From Candidatus Competibacteraceae bacterium (lineage in GTDB: Bacteria; Pseudomonadota; Gammaproteobacteria; Competibacterales; Competibacteraceae), in contig DAITNL010000001.1 of the NCBI GenBank assembly GCA_036834665.1, forward strand, positions 984-64,983: a DNA stretch of 64,000 nucleotides, given 5' to 3'. The translations under genes and the position numbers were made by a program. Numbering within the stretch: position 1 is the stretch's first letter; each line of letters starts with the position of its first letter. The notes beneath the pieces were generated by a model that saw nothing but the letters and a program-made list of their open reading frames with translations, had not been told where the DNA came from and did no database searches. Of this stretch, positions 41,262-52,329 are shown piece after piece.

Positions 41262-44200
41262 ATGCCCCGCATCTTCGATAACATCGAAAAATCATTGTTG
41301 CCGGCGCTGCAAGAAACCCTCAAAGTTGCCGAGCGTGCCGATTTCTGTGTTGGCTATTTCAACCTGCGCGGTTGGCGTCATCTTGCCGGGCATGTTGATC
41401 GCTGGGCAGGCGGTGTTGGTCAATGCTGCCGATTGCTGGTTGGCATGCATATCCTACCGAGTGATGAACTCCGGCAAACCCTGCGCACCCGCGAGGATGA
41501 CGATGGCCTCGATAACCAGACCGCGCTACGGGAGAAGCGCCGCATTGCCGAAGAATTTCGCCAACAACTGACCTTTGGTGTTCCAACCAATGCCGATGAA
41601 GCGACGCTGCGCCAGCTCTCCATGCAGATTCGCGCCAACAAGCTGATCGTCAAGGTTTATCTACGCCATCCTCTGCACGCCAAGCTCTACTTGCTGCATC
41701 GGCAAGATGCCAACAACCCCATTACCGGTTTCCTGGGCAGCAGTAACCTCACGCTGGCGGGCTTGGCCAGGCAGGGCGAACTGAACGTCGATGTGCTGGA
41801 ACACGACGCCTGCAACAAACTGATGGATTGGTTTGAGGATCGCTGGCGTGATCGCTGGTGCATCGATATCTCCAGGGAACTGGCCGATATCATCGATGAG
41901 AGCTGGGCGGGCGAAGGTCTGGTGCCGCCCTATCACGTCTATCTCAAGATGGCGTACCACCTCGCCCAGGAAGCGCGGGCCGGACTCGCAGAATTCCGCA
42001 TTCCCCCGGTCTTTGGTCATGCCCTGTTCGATTTCCAGGTGGCGGCAGTCAAGATTGCGGCCCATCACCTGAACAAGCGTGGCGGCGTGCTGATCGGTGA
42101 CGTGGTCGGTTTGGGCAAGTCGATGATGGCCACCGCGCTGGCCAAAGTCTTCGAGGACGATTACCACACCGAAACGCTCATCATCTGCCCCAAGAACCTG
42201 GTTTCGATGTGGGAGGACTACGCGCACCGCTATCGCCTGCATGCCAAGGTGCTGCCGCTGTCCAAAGTGCTGAGCGAGCTCCCGGAGAAAACCCGCCGCT
42301 ACCGGCTGGTCCTCATCGATGAGTCGCACAATCTGCGCAACAAGGAAGGCAAGCGTTGGAACGTCATCCGCGAGTACATCGCGCGCAACGACAGCCTCAC
42401 CGTTCTGCTTTCGGCCACGCCTTACAACAAGAGCTACCGCGATCTTTCCGCACAACTGGCCTTATTCCTGAATGAAGAGGCCGACATCGGCATTCGTCCG
42501 GAAAAACTACTGGCCGAACTGGGTGGCGAGCACGAATTCATCCGTCGTCACCAGTGTGGCGTGCGATCGCTAGCCGCGTTTGAGAAGAGCGAAATTCCCG
42601 ATGACTGGCGCGATCTCATGCGTTTGTACATGGTGCGCCGCACGCGCGGCTTCATCATGCAGCACTACACCCGCGAAGATGAGCGTGGCAAATACCTGTT
42701 GTTCTCGGATGGCCGCAAATCCTATTTCCCGAAGCGTCTGCCGCAGAACCTGCGCTTCAAGATCGACGATGCGAACCCATCCGACCCTTATGCACGCTTC
42801 TACAGCGACCCCGTGGTCAATGCGATCAATGAACTGATCCTGCCGCGCTATGGCCTTGGCAACTACGTCGCCTCCAAGCCAAAAACGCCGCCTACACCTC
42901 ATCAGGCAAAAACGATCGAAGGGCTTTCCCGCGCGGGCACACGCCTGATGGGCTTTTGCCGCACCAATCTTTTCAAGCGCCTGGAAAGTGCGGGCCCGGC
43001 GTTCATTCTGTCCATCGAGCGCCATATCCTGCGCAACTTTATCGTCTTGCACGCCATTGAGAACGGTCTGGACATCCCTTTAGGCACGCAAGGAGCCGAA
43101 CTGCTCGATACACGCCACTACGACGAAGATCCCGATAGCCTGTTGGCTGATGACAACGGTGATGATGACGTTGCCGACCCGACCGCCACTCACGGCCTGC
43201 GCAGTGAGGCTGACTATCGAGCACGCGCTGCCCAGACTTACGCGCTGTACCGCGACGCACTGCAAAACCGCTTCAAATGGTTGCCGGGAACGCTGTTCAT
43301 CAAGGCACTCGCCAAAGATCTGCTCGCGGATGCGCAGTCCTTGTTGCAGATCCTGCACCTGTGCGGTGACTGGCAGGCTGCTGCGGATACCAAGCTGGCA
43401 GCCTTGATCGAACTGATCAAGCAGCGCTACCCGAAGGAAAAACTGCTCGTCTTCACCCAGTTTGCCGACACGGCTCGCTATCTCAAGACGCAGTTGATCG
43501 CGCGCGGTATCAAACAAGTGGAGGAGGCGACCGGGCAGAGCGCCGACCCGACTGCGCTGGCCTGGCATTTTTCGCCGGAATCGAATGGCAAGCGCGAGCA
43601 AATCAAAAAAGCTGAGGAACTGCGCGTGCTGATTGCCACTGATGTGCTTTCCGAAGGCCAGAACCTGCAGGACGCCCACATCATCGTCAACTACGACTTG
43701 CCGTGGGCCATCATCCGCCTGATTCAACGGGCGGGTCGGGTTGACCGCATCGGCCAGCAGTCTGATCAGATTCTCTGTTATTCCTTTGTTCCGGCTGATG
43801 GGGTGGAGCGGCTTATCAAGCTGCGCGCCCGGGTTAAGCAACGTCTGATCGAGAATGCCGAGGTTGTCGGCTCTGACGAAAGCTTCTTCGATGATGACAC
43901 GGATGCAGAATTGATCCGCGATCTGTACACCGAGAAGAACGGCATCCTGGATGACGACGGCGACACCGAGGTCGATCTTGCCTCCTACGCCTACCAGATC
44001 TGGAAAAACGCCACCGATGCCGATCCATCGCTAGCGGCCAAGATTGAGGCCATGCCCAACGTGGTGTATGCCACCAAGGCCCACGAGCACAATCCGGCGT
44101 CGCCCAGCGGTGTGCTGGTCTATATGCGTACCGCGCAGGGCAACGACGCGCTGGCTTGGATGGATGAAGCCGGCAAGGCCGTTACTCAATCCCAGCTCAC

Positions 44201-44642
44201 CATTTTGAAAGCCGCTGCCTGTGCGGCTGACACCCCGGCCCTGTCGCGCACTGAGCATCATCATGCACTCACGCAACAGGGTTTGGCTCATATCATCGAG
44301 GAGGAAAAATCCTTCGGCGGAGCGCTGGGTCGTCCCTCGGGCGCGCGTTTTAAGACCTTTGAGCGCCTCAAGCGCTTCCGTGGCAATCTGGGCGACAAAC
44401 GCGACTTGTTGATCACTGACGAATATGTGCGCCGTATCGACCGGATGATGGAAGAACTCTATCGTTATCCGCTCTACCCGTCGGCCACTGACAGCCTGAA
44501 TCGCCAGCTCAAGGCCGGCATTGGCGACCATCAGTTGCTGGATCTGGTTTTCTCGCTGCGTGAAGACGGGCGTCTGTGCATGATTGACGATCAGGAACAG
44601 CAGAAGGAGCCTAAACTCATCTGCTCGATGGGCCTGGCTTGA
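41262..44642 (+). CDS. PLD-family nuclease domain fused to an SNF2/SF2 helicase (island gene A)
   Basis: ORF 41097..44642. ATG at 41262 follows GGGAGA; the upstream part overlaps tRNA-Glu. PLD HxK...GSxN motif: LHAKLYLL (H at 41676) ...GFLGSSNLT. Helicase motifs: GLGKS (from 42108), LIDESH (D at 42318), LLSATP, and TDVLSEGQNLQ...QRAGRVDRIGQ. Confidence 0.85.
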   Translation: MPRIFDNIEKSLLPALQETLKVAERADFCVGYFNLRGWRHLAGHVDRWAGGVGQCCRLLVGMHILPSDELRQTLRTREDDDGLDNQTALREKRRIAEEFRQQLTFGVPTNADEATLRQLSMQIRANKLIVKVYLRHPLHAKLYLLHRQDANNPITGFLGSSNLTLAGLARQGELNVDVLEHDACNKLMDWFEDRWRDRWCIDISRELADIIDESWAGEGLVPPYHVYLKMAYHLAQEARAGLAEFRIPPVFGHALFDFQVAAVKIAAHHLNKRGGVLIGDVVGLGKSMMATALAKVFEDDYHTETLIICPKNLVSMWEDYAHRYRLHAKVLPLSKVLSELPEKTRRYRLVLIDESHNLRNKEGKRWNVIREYIARNDSLTVLLSATPYNKSYRDLSAQLALFLNEEADIGIRPEKLLAELGGEHEFIRRHQCGVRSLAAFEKSEIPDDWRDLMRLYMVRRTRGFIMQHYTREDERGKYLLFSDGRKSYFPKRLPQNLRFKIDDANPSDPYARFYSDPVVNAINELILPRYGLGNYVASKPKTPPTPHQAKTIEGLSRAGTRLMGFCRTNLFKRLESAGPAFILSIERHILRNFIVLHAIENGLDIPLGTQGAELLDTRHYDEDPDSLLADDNGDDDVADPTATHGLRSEADYRARAAQTYALYRDALQNRFKWLPGTLFIKALAKDLLADAQSLLQILHLCGDWQAAADTKLAALIELIKQRYPKEKLLVFTQFADTARYLKTQLIARGIKQVEEATGQSADPTALAWHFSPESNGKREQIKKAEELRVLIATDVLSEGQNLQDAHIIVNYDLPWAIIRLIQRAGRVDRIGQQSDQILCYSFVPADGVERLIKLRARVKQRLIENAEVVGSDESFFDDDTDAELIRDLYTEKNGILDDDGDTEVDLASYAYQIWKNATDADPSLAAKIEAMPNVVYATKAHEHNPASPSGVLVYMRTAQGNDALAWMDEAGKAVTQSQLTILKAAACAADTPALSRTEHHHALTQQGLAHIIEEEKSFGGALGRPSGARFKTFERLKRFRGNLGDKRDLLITDEYVRRIDRMMEELYRYPLYPSATDSLNRQLKAGIGDHQLLDLVFSLREDGRLCMIDDQEQQKEPKLICSMGLA

Positions 44643-44664
44643 GCAATCAGGGGAAGAACACAAG

Positions 44665-47600
44665 ATGACGATTGACGCTGCCCGCTTCCAGAAACTGCTT
44701 GATGATTTCAAGCTGGAACAACTGTTCAACGAGCTTGGTTGGGAGCGACCCCATCTCAAGCCGCACGCCATCACGGTCAATGATGAGGCTTTCACGCTGA
44801 CCAACGTTGCTCACAAGCGCGGGGTGGCGGTATTTCGCTGTTCGCCCGATCGTGCGGGCCGAGTGCCTACACGTCCGCTGTTGCTCAAGATCGAGAAAGA
44901 AGCGGTTAAGCGTGCCTATGAACATCTCTTGGTTTTTGCCGATGCCGGTGAAACCATGCTCACTTGGCTGTGGGTTTCGCGTGCGCCGGGACAGCCGACC
45001 ACGACCCGCTCCCATACCTGGCGCAAGGGGCAGAACGGCGAATCGTTGCGCCAGAAGCTCTCCCAGATCGTCTGGTCGCTGGAAGAGGAAGAGGCTATCA
45101 CGCTTACTGACGTGATCACCGGCTTGCGCAATGCCTTTGACCGCGACCGCATCTCCAAGAGTTTCTATGAGAAATTCAAGGCCCAGCACGAAGCGTTTGC
45201 CAATTTCATCGAGGGGCTGACTGCTGCCAGCGACAAGGCTTGGTATGCCTCGCTGATGCTCAACCGGCTGATGTTCGTGTATTTCATTCAGAAGAAGGGC
45301 TTTCTGGATGGCGATGAGAATTATCTTGCCAATCGGATGGCTCAGGTGCAGGCGGCGGCCGGCAAGGGCAAGTTCCACAGCTTTTATCGCCAGTTTCTGC
45401 GCCGTCTGTTCCATGAAGGCTTGGGTCAGGCCAAGGGTGAGCGCAACCCTGAACTCAGCCGCCTGATCGGCGATGTTCCTTATTTGAATGGGGGACTTTT
45501 CGACGAGCATGAGCTAGAGATCAAACATCACGATCTCAACGTCCCCGACGAAGCCTTTGAACGCCTGTTCGCGTTTTTCGATGCCTGGGACTGGCATCTT
45601 GATGACCGACCGCTGGCTAGCGGGAAAGAAATCAATCCCGATGTGCTCGGTTATATCTTCGAGAAGTACATCAATCAGAAGCAGATGGGGGCCTACTACA
45701 CCAAGGAAGACATTACCGGGTACATCGCTAAAAACACCGTCGTGCCGCACCTGATCGAGCAGGCCCGCGAGCGTTGCAAGGTGGCGTTCGAGGGTGAAGC
45801 TTCGATGTGGAATCTGCTCCAGGCTGACCCCGATCGCTATATCTACCCGGCGATGAAAACCGGCGTGATTGATGCTGCCGGCACTGTTGTGCCTGAATCC
45901 GCCTTGCCGGATTTTGTGCAGGCCGGTATGAGAGACGCCAAGGCGCGCATGTTCGAGCGTTGCTACAACTTGGGCGAAGCCGTGTTTTATGCCGCTACCG
46001 GTGAGCGGGGTACCTTGCCGACCGAGACTTGGCGTGAATATGTCGAGCGCCGCAGTCGTTGTCTGGCGGTGCGCGATCAACTGGCCAAGGGTGAGGTGAA
46101 GAGTGCCGACGCGCTCATTACCCTGAATTTGGATATTTGCCAGTTTATGCAGGATGTCATCGATCACGCGACATCTCCTGATCTGTTGCGGGCTGTCTGG
46201 CAGGCCATCGTTGGGCGTGTACCATCGAATGGTGACTTACGGCAGAAGTTCCGCCACGGCATCACCATCCTTGACCCGACCTGCGGTTCGGGAGCCTTCC
46301 TCTTTGCTGCTTTGGGTGTGCTGGAACCGCTTTACGAAGCCTGCCTTGAGCGCATGGAAGGCTTTATTGAAGATGCCAAGAAGCTTGGCAAGAGTGGAGA
46401 AAAGGATTTCATCAATGTACTGGCCGAAGTGGACAAGCACCCTTCGCGCCGCTACTACATTTTCAAGAACATCATCCTGCACAACCTGTTCGGCGTGGAC
46501 ATCATGGCCGAGGCGGTGGAAATCTGTAAGCTGCGCCTGTTCCTGAAGCTGGTGTCGCAGGTGGATGTCGGGCGTGAACTGGAGCCGCTGCCCGACATCG
46601 ATTTCAACATCCGCGCCGGCAATACCCTGGTCGGTTACGCTACTGAAGCGCAGTTCGATGCGGCCAATACGCTCGCCAGCGACCAGAGCCACCGCGACGA
46701 GATCAAGGTACGTATTGCCGATCTGGCCGATCTTTTCGACCGCTTCCGTGAACAGCAGACCGTGCACGGCGGCAAGGTCACGGCGGATGACAAGCGCAGG
46801 TTGCGCGACAAGCTGAGCGGCCTGAGCCTGGAACTCGACAAATATCTTTCCCGTGATTACGGCATCGACCCCGACGCTGTCTCCCCTCTCCCTCCGGGAG
46901 AGGGGCCGGGGGTGAGGGCGGATTTCGTCACTTGGCGCAAAAGCCACCAGCCTTTTCACTGGTTCGCCGAGTTCTATGGCGTCATGCGCGCGGGCGGGTT
47001 TGATGTGGTGATTGGGAATCCGCCGTATATCCAACTCAAGGAGATCAGCGAGTATCAACCTCGCGGCTATACCTGTACAGACTGTGGCAACCTTTACCCG
47101 GTAGTTCTTGAGCGGTGTTTATCTATTTGCGCAAAGGGTGGACGACAGGGTTATATCGTTCCCGTATCGTCTATTTCGACTGAAGGGTATAGCTCGTTAC
47201 AGGAGCGCTATCGAAGAAAACGGGTTCATGTCAGTTGTTATGATGACCGTCCCTCTAGGCTATTCGATGGCCTTGAACACATCAGACTTGTCATTTTTCT
47301 ATTGTCTGATAACCAGCCAGCTTGGTTCTCGACGCGCTATCACAAGTGGCACAACCAAGAACGTGCAAGTTTGTTTGATCGTCTGGCGTATGTTCCCGCA
47401 AAGGAATGCATAGTAAAAAATTCGATTCCGAAACTGACGGCTCCAGTGGAGCTATCAATTCTTTCAAAACTCGCTGCGATCTCAATGACAATCGGGGGAA
47501 AATCAGTGCGATCAGGGCCGCACTCGATCAACTTTTCGCGAAAAGTTGGTTACTTTTTGCAGGTGCTCAACTTCCAGCCGCGTGTTGTTGACGGTAATGG

Positions 47601-48042
47601 AAATCTTCGCCCTCCAAGTGAGTTCAAGCCACTGATATTCTCGTCTTTCGCGCAAAAACAATCGGCGCTTGCCTTACTAAATTCAAATCTCTTTTACTGG
47701 TTCATGACGGTTTTTTCTGACTGTCGGCATCTCAACAAGCGGGAAGTTGATGCCATGCCGTTTCCTGATACTTTGCACGCCAAGCCTGATCTGGCAGCCC
47801 AGCTCAATCAACATGCTGAAGATCTGATGGCGAAGTTGCGCGAAACAGCAGATACCAGAAAGATGAAGTTTCGGCACGACAGACTTGAAATTGAATGCAT
47901 CATTCCAAAGCGTAGCAAGCGCTTTATCGACAACATCGATCTTGAAGTGGCCTGCGGTTTCAATTTCAACCCGGAAGAAACCGACTTCATCATCAACTAC
48001 GACATCAAATACCGCATGGGGTCTTCTGACGAAGAAGAATGA
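44665..48042 (+). CDS. MmeI/PglX/Eco57I-type N6-adenine DNA methyltransferase with a large C-terminal (target-recognition-like) region (island gene B)
   Basis: ORF 44584..48042. ATG at 44665 follows AGGGGAAG. Motifs: LMLNRLMFVYFIQKKGFL, VPYLNGGLFDE, MGAYYTKEDI, motif I ILDPTCGSGAFLF (D at 46273) and motif IV VIGNPPYIQ (N at 47017). The last ~330 aa are encoded by much lower-GC DNA. Confidence 0.85.
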   Translation: MTIDAARFQKLLDDFKLEQLFNELGWERPHLKPHAITVNDEAFTLTNVAHKRGVAVFRCSPDRAGRVPTRPLLLKIEKEAVKRAYEHLLVFADAGETMLTWLWVSRAPGQPTTTRSHTWRKGQNGESLRQKLSQIVWSLEEEEAITLTDVITGLRNAFDRDRISKSFYEKFKAQHEAFANFIEGLTAASDKAWYASLMLNRLMFVYFIQKKGFLDGDENYLANRMAQVQAAAGKGKFHSFYRQFLRRLFHEGLGQAKGERNPELSRLIGDVPYLNGGLFDEHELEIKHHDLNVPDEAFERLFAFFDAWDWHLDDRPLASGKEINPDVLGYIFEKYINQKQMGAYYTKEDITGYIAKNTVVPHLIEQARERCKVAFEGEASMWNLLQADPDRYIYPAMKTGVIDAAGTVVPESALPDFVQAGMRDAKARMFERCYNLGEAVFYAATGERGTLPTETWREYVERRSRCLAVRDQLAKGEVKSADALITLNLDICQFMQDVIDHATSPDLLRAVWQAIVGRVPSNGDLRQKFRHGITILDPTCGSGAFLFAALGVLEPLYEACLERMEGFIEDAKKLGKSGEKDFINVLAEVDKHPSRRYYIFKNIILHNLFGVDIMAEAVEICKLRLFLKLVSQVDVGRELEPLPDIDFNIRAGNTLVGYATEAQFDAANTLASDQSHRDEIKVRIADLADLFDRFREQQTVHGGKVTADDKRRLRDKLSGLSLELDKYLSRDYGIDPDAVSPLPPGEGPGVRADFVTWRKSHQPFHWFAEFYGVMRAGGFDVVIGNPPYIQLKEISEYQPRGYTCTDCGNLYPVVLERCLSICAKGGRQGYIVPVSSISTEGYSSLQERYRRKRVHVSCYDDRPSRLFDGLEHIRLVIFLLSDNQPAWFSTRYHKWHNQERASLFDRLAYVPAKECIVKNSIPKLTAPVELSILSKLAAISMTIGGKSVRSGPHSINFSRKVGYFLQVLNFQPRVVDGNGNLRPPSEFKPLIFSSFAQKQSALALLNSNLFYWFMTVFSDCRHLNKREVDAMPFPDTLHAKPDLAAQLNQHAEDLMAKLRETADTRKMKFRHDRLEIECIIPKRSKRFIDNIDLEVACGFNFNPEETDFIINYDIKYRMGSSDEEE
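46881..46921 (+). repeat. REP-like hairpin element inserted in-frame in the methyltransferase gene
   Basis: CCCCTCTCCC (46883-46892) and GGGAGAGGGG (46896-46905) form a 10-bp stem with a 3-nt loop, followed by CCGGGGGTGAGGGCGG. It translates as SPLPPGEGPGVRA. The tail GGGTGAGGGCGG recurs after a similar hairpin at 59903-59945. Confidence 0.6.
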
Positions 48043-48536
48043 AGCCCTTACCCATCACCTTGCCTCCCGCCTGCGCCCAGCGCGCCGGGCCTGAACTCGC
48101 CGCCCGAATCGTCGGTGCTGGCGAAATGGCATTGCTGGCGGAACCGCTGCTCGGCTTCATCGCCTCCCGCGCATGTCCCGGCCACATCCTGCTCGAAACC
48201 CTCGACCGCGTACCGGAATGGATCAAGGCCGGGCGCGTGATCATCAGCGGCTTCCACTCACCGCTGGAACAGCAGGTGCTGCGCTCCGTGCTCCGGCGCA
48301 AGGGCCGCATAGTCAAGGTGCTAGCACGCGGCATGACCGACTATCGCCCAACGGCGGAAGAGCGCGAACCGCTGGCCGCCGGTCGGATGCTGGTTATCAC
48401 CGCCTGCCCACCCAAAATCCAGCGCACCACCCGCGAAACCGCACTGGCGCGCAACCGCCTGGTATTGGCTCTCGCCAGCGAGATCACCGCGCCCTATGTC
48501 ACGGCGGACAGCCCGCTGATGCTATGGCTGAAATAA
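48039..48536 (+). CDS. minimal DprA/Smf-like (SLOG-type Rossmann) protein (island gene C)
   Basis: 165 aa with an ATGA overlap with gene B. LGFIASRACPG..., VIISGFHSPLEQQVLRSVL, IVKVLARGM and ARNRLVLALASEI line up with the DprA motifs vaiVGsR, vvSGlArGiDaaAH, iaVlgtGld and RNRiiaglsd (from memory). Confidence 0.7.
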   Translation: MKPLPITLPPACAQRAGPELAARIVGAGEMALLAEPLLGFIASRACPGHILLETLDRVPEWIKAGRVIISGFHSPLEQQVLRSVLRRKGRIVKVLARGMTDYRPTAEEREPLAAGRMLVITACPPKIQRTTRETALARNRLVLALASEITAPYVTADSPLMLWLK

Positions 48537-48601
48537 CCAAGAACCGATGTGTTGAAAGCTTTTCCTGGGTGCGCGATGGCTGTACCTGGCGCACCACAGA
48601 C

Positions 48602-48634
48602 AAACAAAAAGGGCCTGGCATTTCTGCCAAGCCC
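48602..48634 (-). terminator. intrinsic terminator after tRNA-Asn
   Basis: On the minus strand: GGGCTTGGCA-GAAA-TGCCAGGCCC (one G.U pair) followed by TTTTTGTTTG. Confidence 0.7.
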
Positions 48635-48644
48635 TTGCTTCATC

Positions 48645-48720
<76 letters not shown>

Positions 48721-48771
48721 ATTAAAGAGAACGCGATTTTAGGGATCCCCGGCAGCGCTGTCAATCCCCGC

Positions 48772-49956
48772 TTAGCGCGAGATAACCTGCTGGATACGTT
48801 CCAGCGCCTTGGTCAGATTAGCCATGCTGGTCGCGAAGGAAATGCGCATACAGCCTTCAGCGCCAAAGGCTGAGCCGGGCACCAGCGCCACGCCACCCTC
48901 GTTAAGCAGCAGTTCCGCCAGCGCCAGATCATTGGCCAGCCCCAACCGCGTGATGACCTTCTGGAAACTGGGGAAGGAATAGAACGTCCCATCAGCCGGC
49001 ACCACCTCGACGCCGTCCATCGCCTGCAGCGTGGCGCAGACATAATCATGACGCTCCCTGAAAGCCCGGTTCATCACCGCGATGCAGGATTGATCGCCAT
49101 TCAGCGCGGCTTCCGCCGCCACCTGGGAAATTGAAGTCGGGTTGGAGGTGCTCTGCGACTGAATATTGGTCATGGCCGCGATCAGATCCTTCGGACCGCC
49201 ACAGTAGCCAATTCGCCAACCGGTCATGGAATAAGCCTTGGAAACGCCATTGAGCACAATGGTGCGCTCATACAGATCCGGGCACACGTTGAGGATGTTA
49301 TGGAACTTCTCCTCGGTCCACAGGATATGCTCATACATATCATCGGTGGCGATGTACACCTGCGGATGGCGGCGCAGCACCTCGCCCAGCGCAGTCAGTT
49401 CAGCAGCGCTATAGGCGACGCCGGTCGGGTTGGACGGACTGTTGATCACCACCAGCTTGGTGCGCGGAGTGATGGCCGCTTCCAGTTGCGCAGCGCTGAT
49501 CTTGAAATGCTGCTCGACGCCCGCCTCGACGATCACCGGCACGCCATCAGCCAGCAGCACCATGTCCGGATAGGACACCCAGTACGGCGCAGGAATGACC
49601 ACCTCATCGCCGGCGTTCAGCAGCGCCTGGGCCAGATTGTAGAAACTCTGCTTGCCGCCGCAGGACACCAGGATCTGCTTAGGCTCATAGCTCAGGCCGT
49701 TATCGCGCTGGAACTTGGCGATGATGGCTTTCTTCAGGCTGGCGGTGCCGTCCACCGGGGTGTACTTGGTAAAGCCGCTGTTGATCGCCTGGATCGCAGC
49801 GGCTTTGATGAAATCGGGCGTATCGAAATCCGGCTCGCCCGCGCCCAGGCCCACCACATCCTTGCCGGCGGCTTTCAATTCATTGGCCTTGGCCGTTACC
49901 GCCAGGGTGGGAGAGGGCTTGATGCGCTGTACACGTTCGGAAAGCGGGGTGCTCAC
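48772..49956 (-). CDS. class I PLP-dependent aminotransferase (aspartate aminotransferase-like)
   Basis: ORF 48772..50088. The likely start is GTG at 49956, 7 nt after AGGAG (VSTPLSERVQRIKPSPTL). PLP-lysine motif SKAYSMTGWRIGY. Confidence 0.88.
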   Translation of the reverse strand: MSTPLSERVQRIKPSPTLAVTAKANELKAAGKDVVGLGAGEPDFDTPDFIKAAAIQAINSGFTKYTPVDGTASLKKAIIAKFQRDNGLSYEPKQILVSCGGKQSFYNLAQALLNAGDEVVIPAPYWVSYPDMVLLADGVPVIVEAGVEQHFKISAAQLEAAITPRTKLVVINSPSNPTGVAYSAAELTALGEVLRRHPQVYIATDDMYEHILWTEEKFHNILNVCPDLYERTIVLNGVSKAYSMTGWRIGYCGGPKDLIAAMTNIQSQSTSNPTSISQVAAEAALNGDQSCIAVMNRAFRERHDYVCATLQAMDGVEVVPADGTFYSFPSFQKVITRLGLANDLALAELLLNEGGVALVPGSAFGAEGCMRISFATSMANLTKALERIQQVISR

Positions 49957-50078
49957 GGCGGACTCCTGGACAGTGGCCAAGCGGCCAACAGGTTGAACAA
50001 AGGGTAAAAGGTCGGTTGAACAGAAGGATTGCACGGGATGTCGGATAATACTGAAATTTTTCGCCCGGCCAAACTCCC

Positions 50079-52103
<2,025 letters not shown>

Positions 52104-52329
52104 AGGATACCGCGGCAATGGGGGCGACCTGGAGTTGCTGAACGTGGTGTAATGCGGCCCGGCGCCTTGCCGTCCACTGTTCAACCCTTGCTCGCCCTGT
52201 TGCCCTGTGCCGGACCGTACCATGGACGACTCTTCCAGCTTTCGCCATTCCGCCTTTACCTTCAAACGCCCGTCGCTTAGGCCCGAAGATCAGGCTCAGG
52301 ATTCCTGTCGCTCACGGGTGCCGCCCGCG

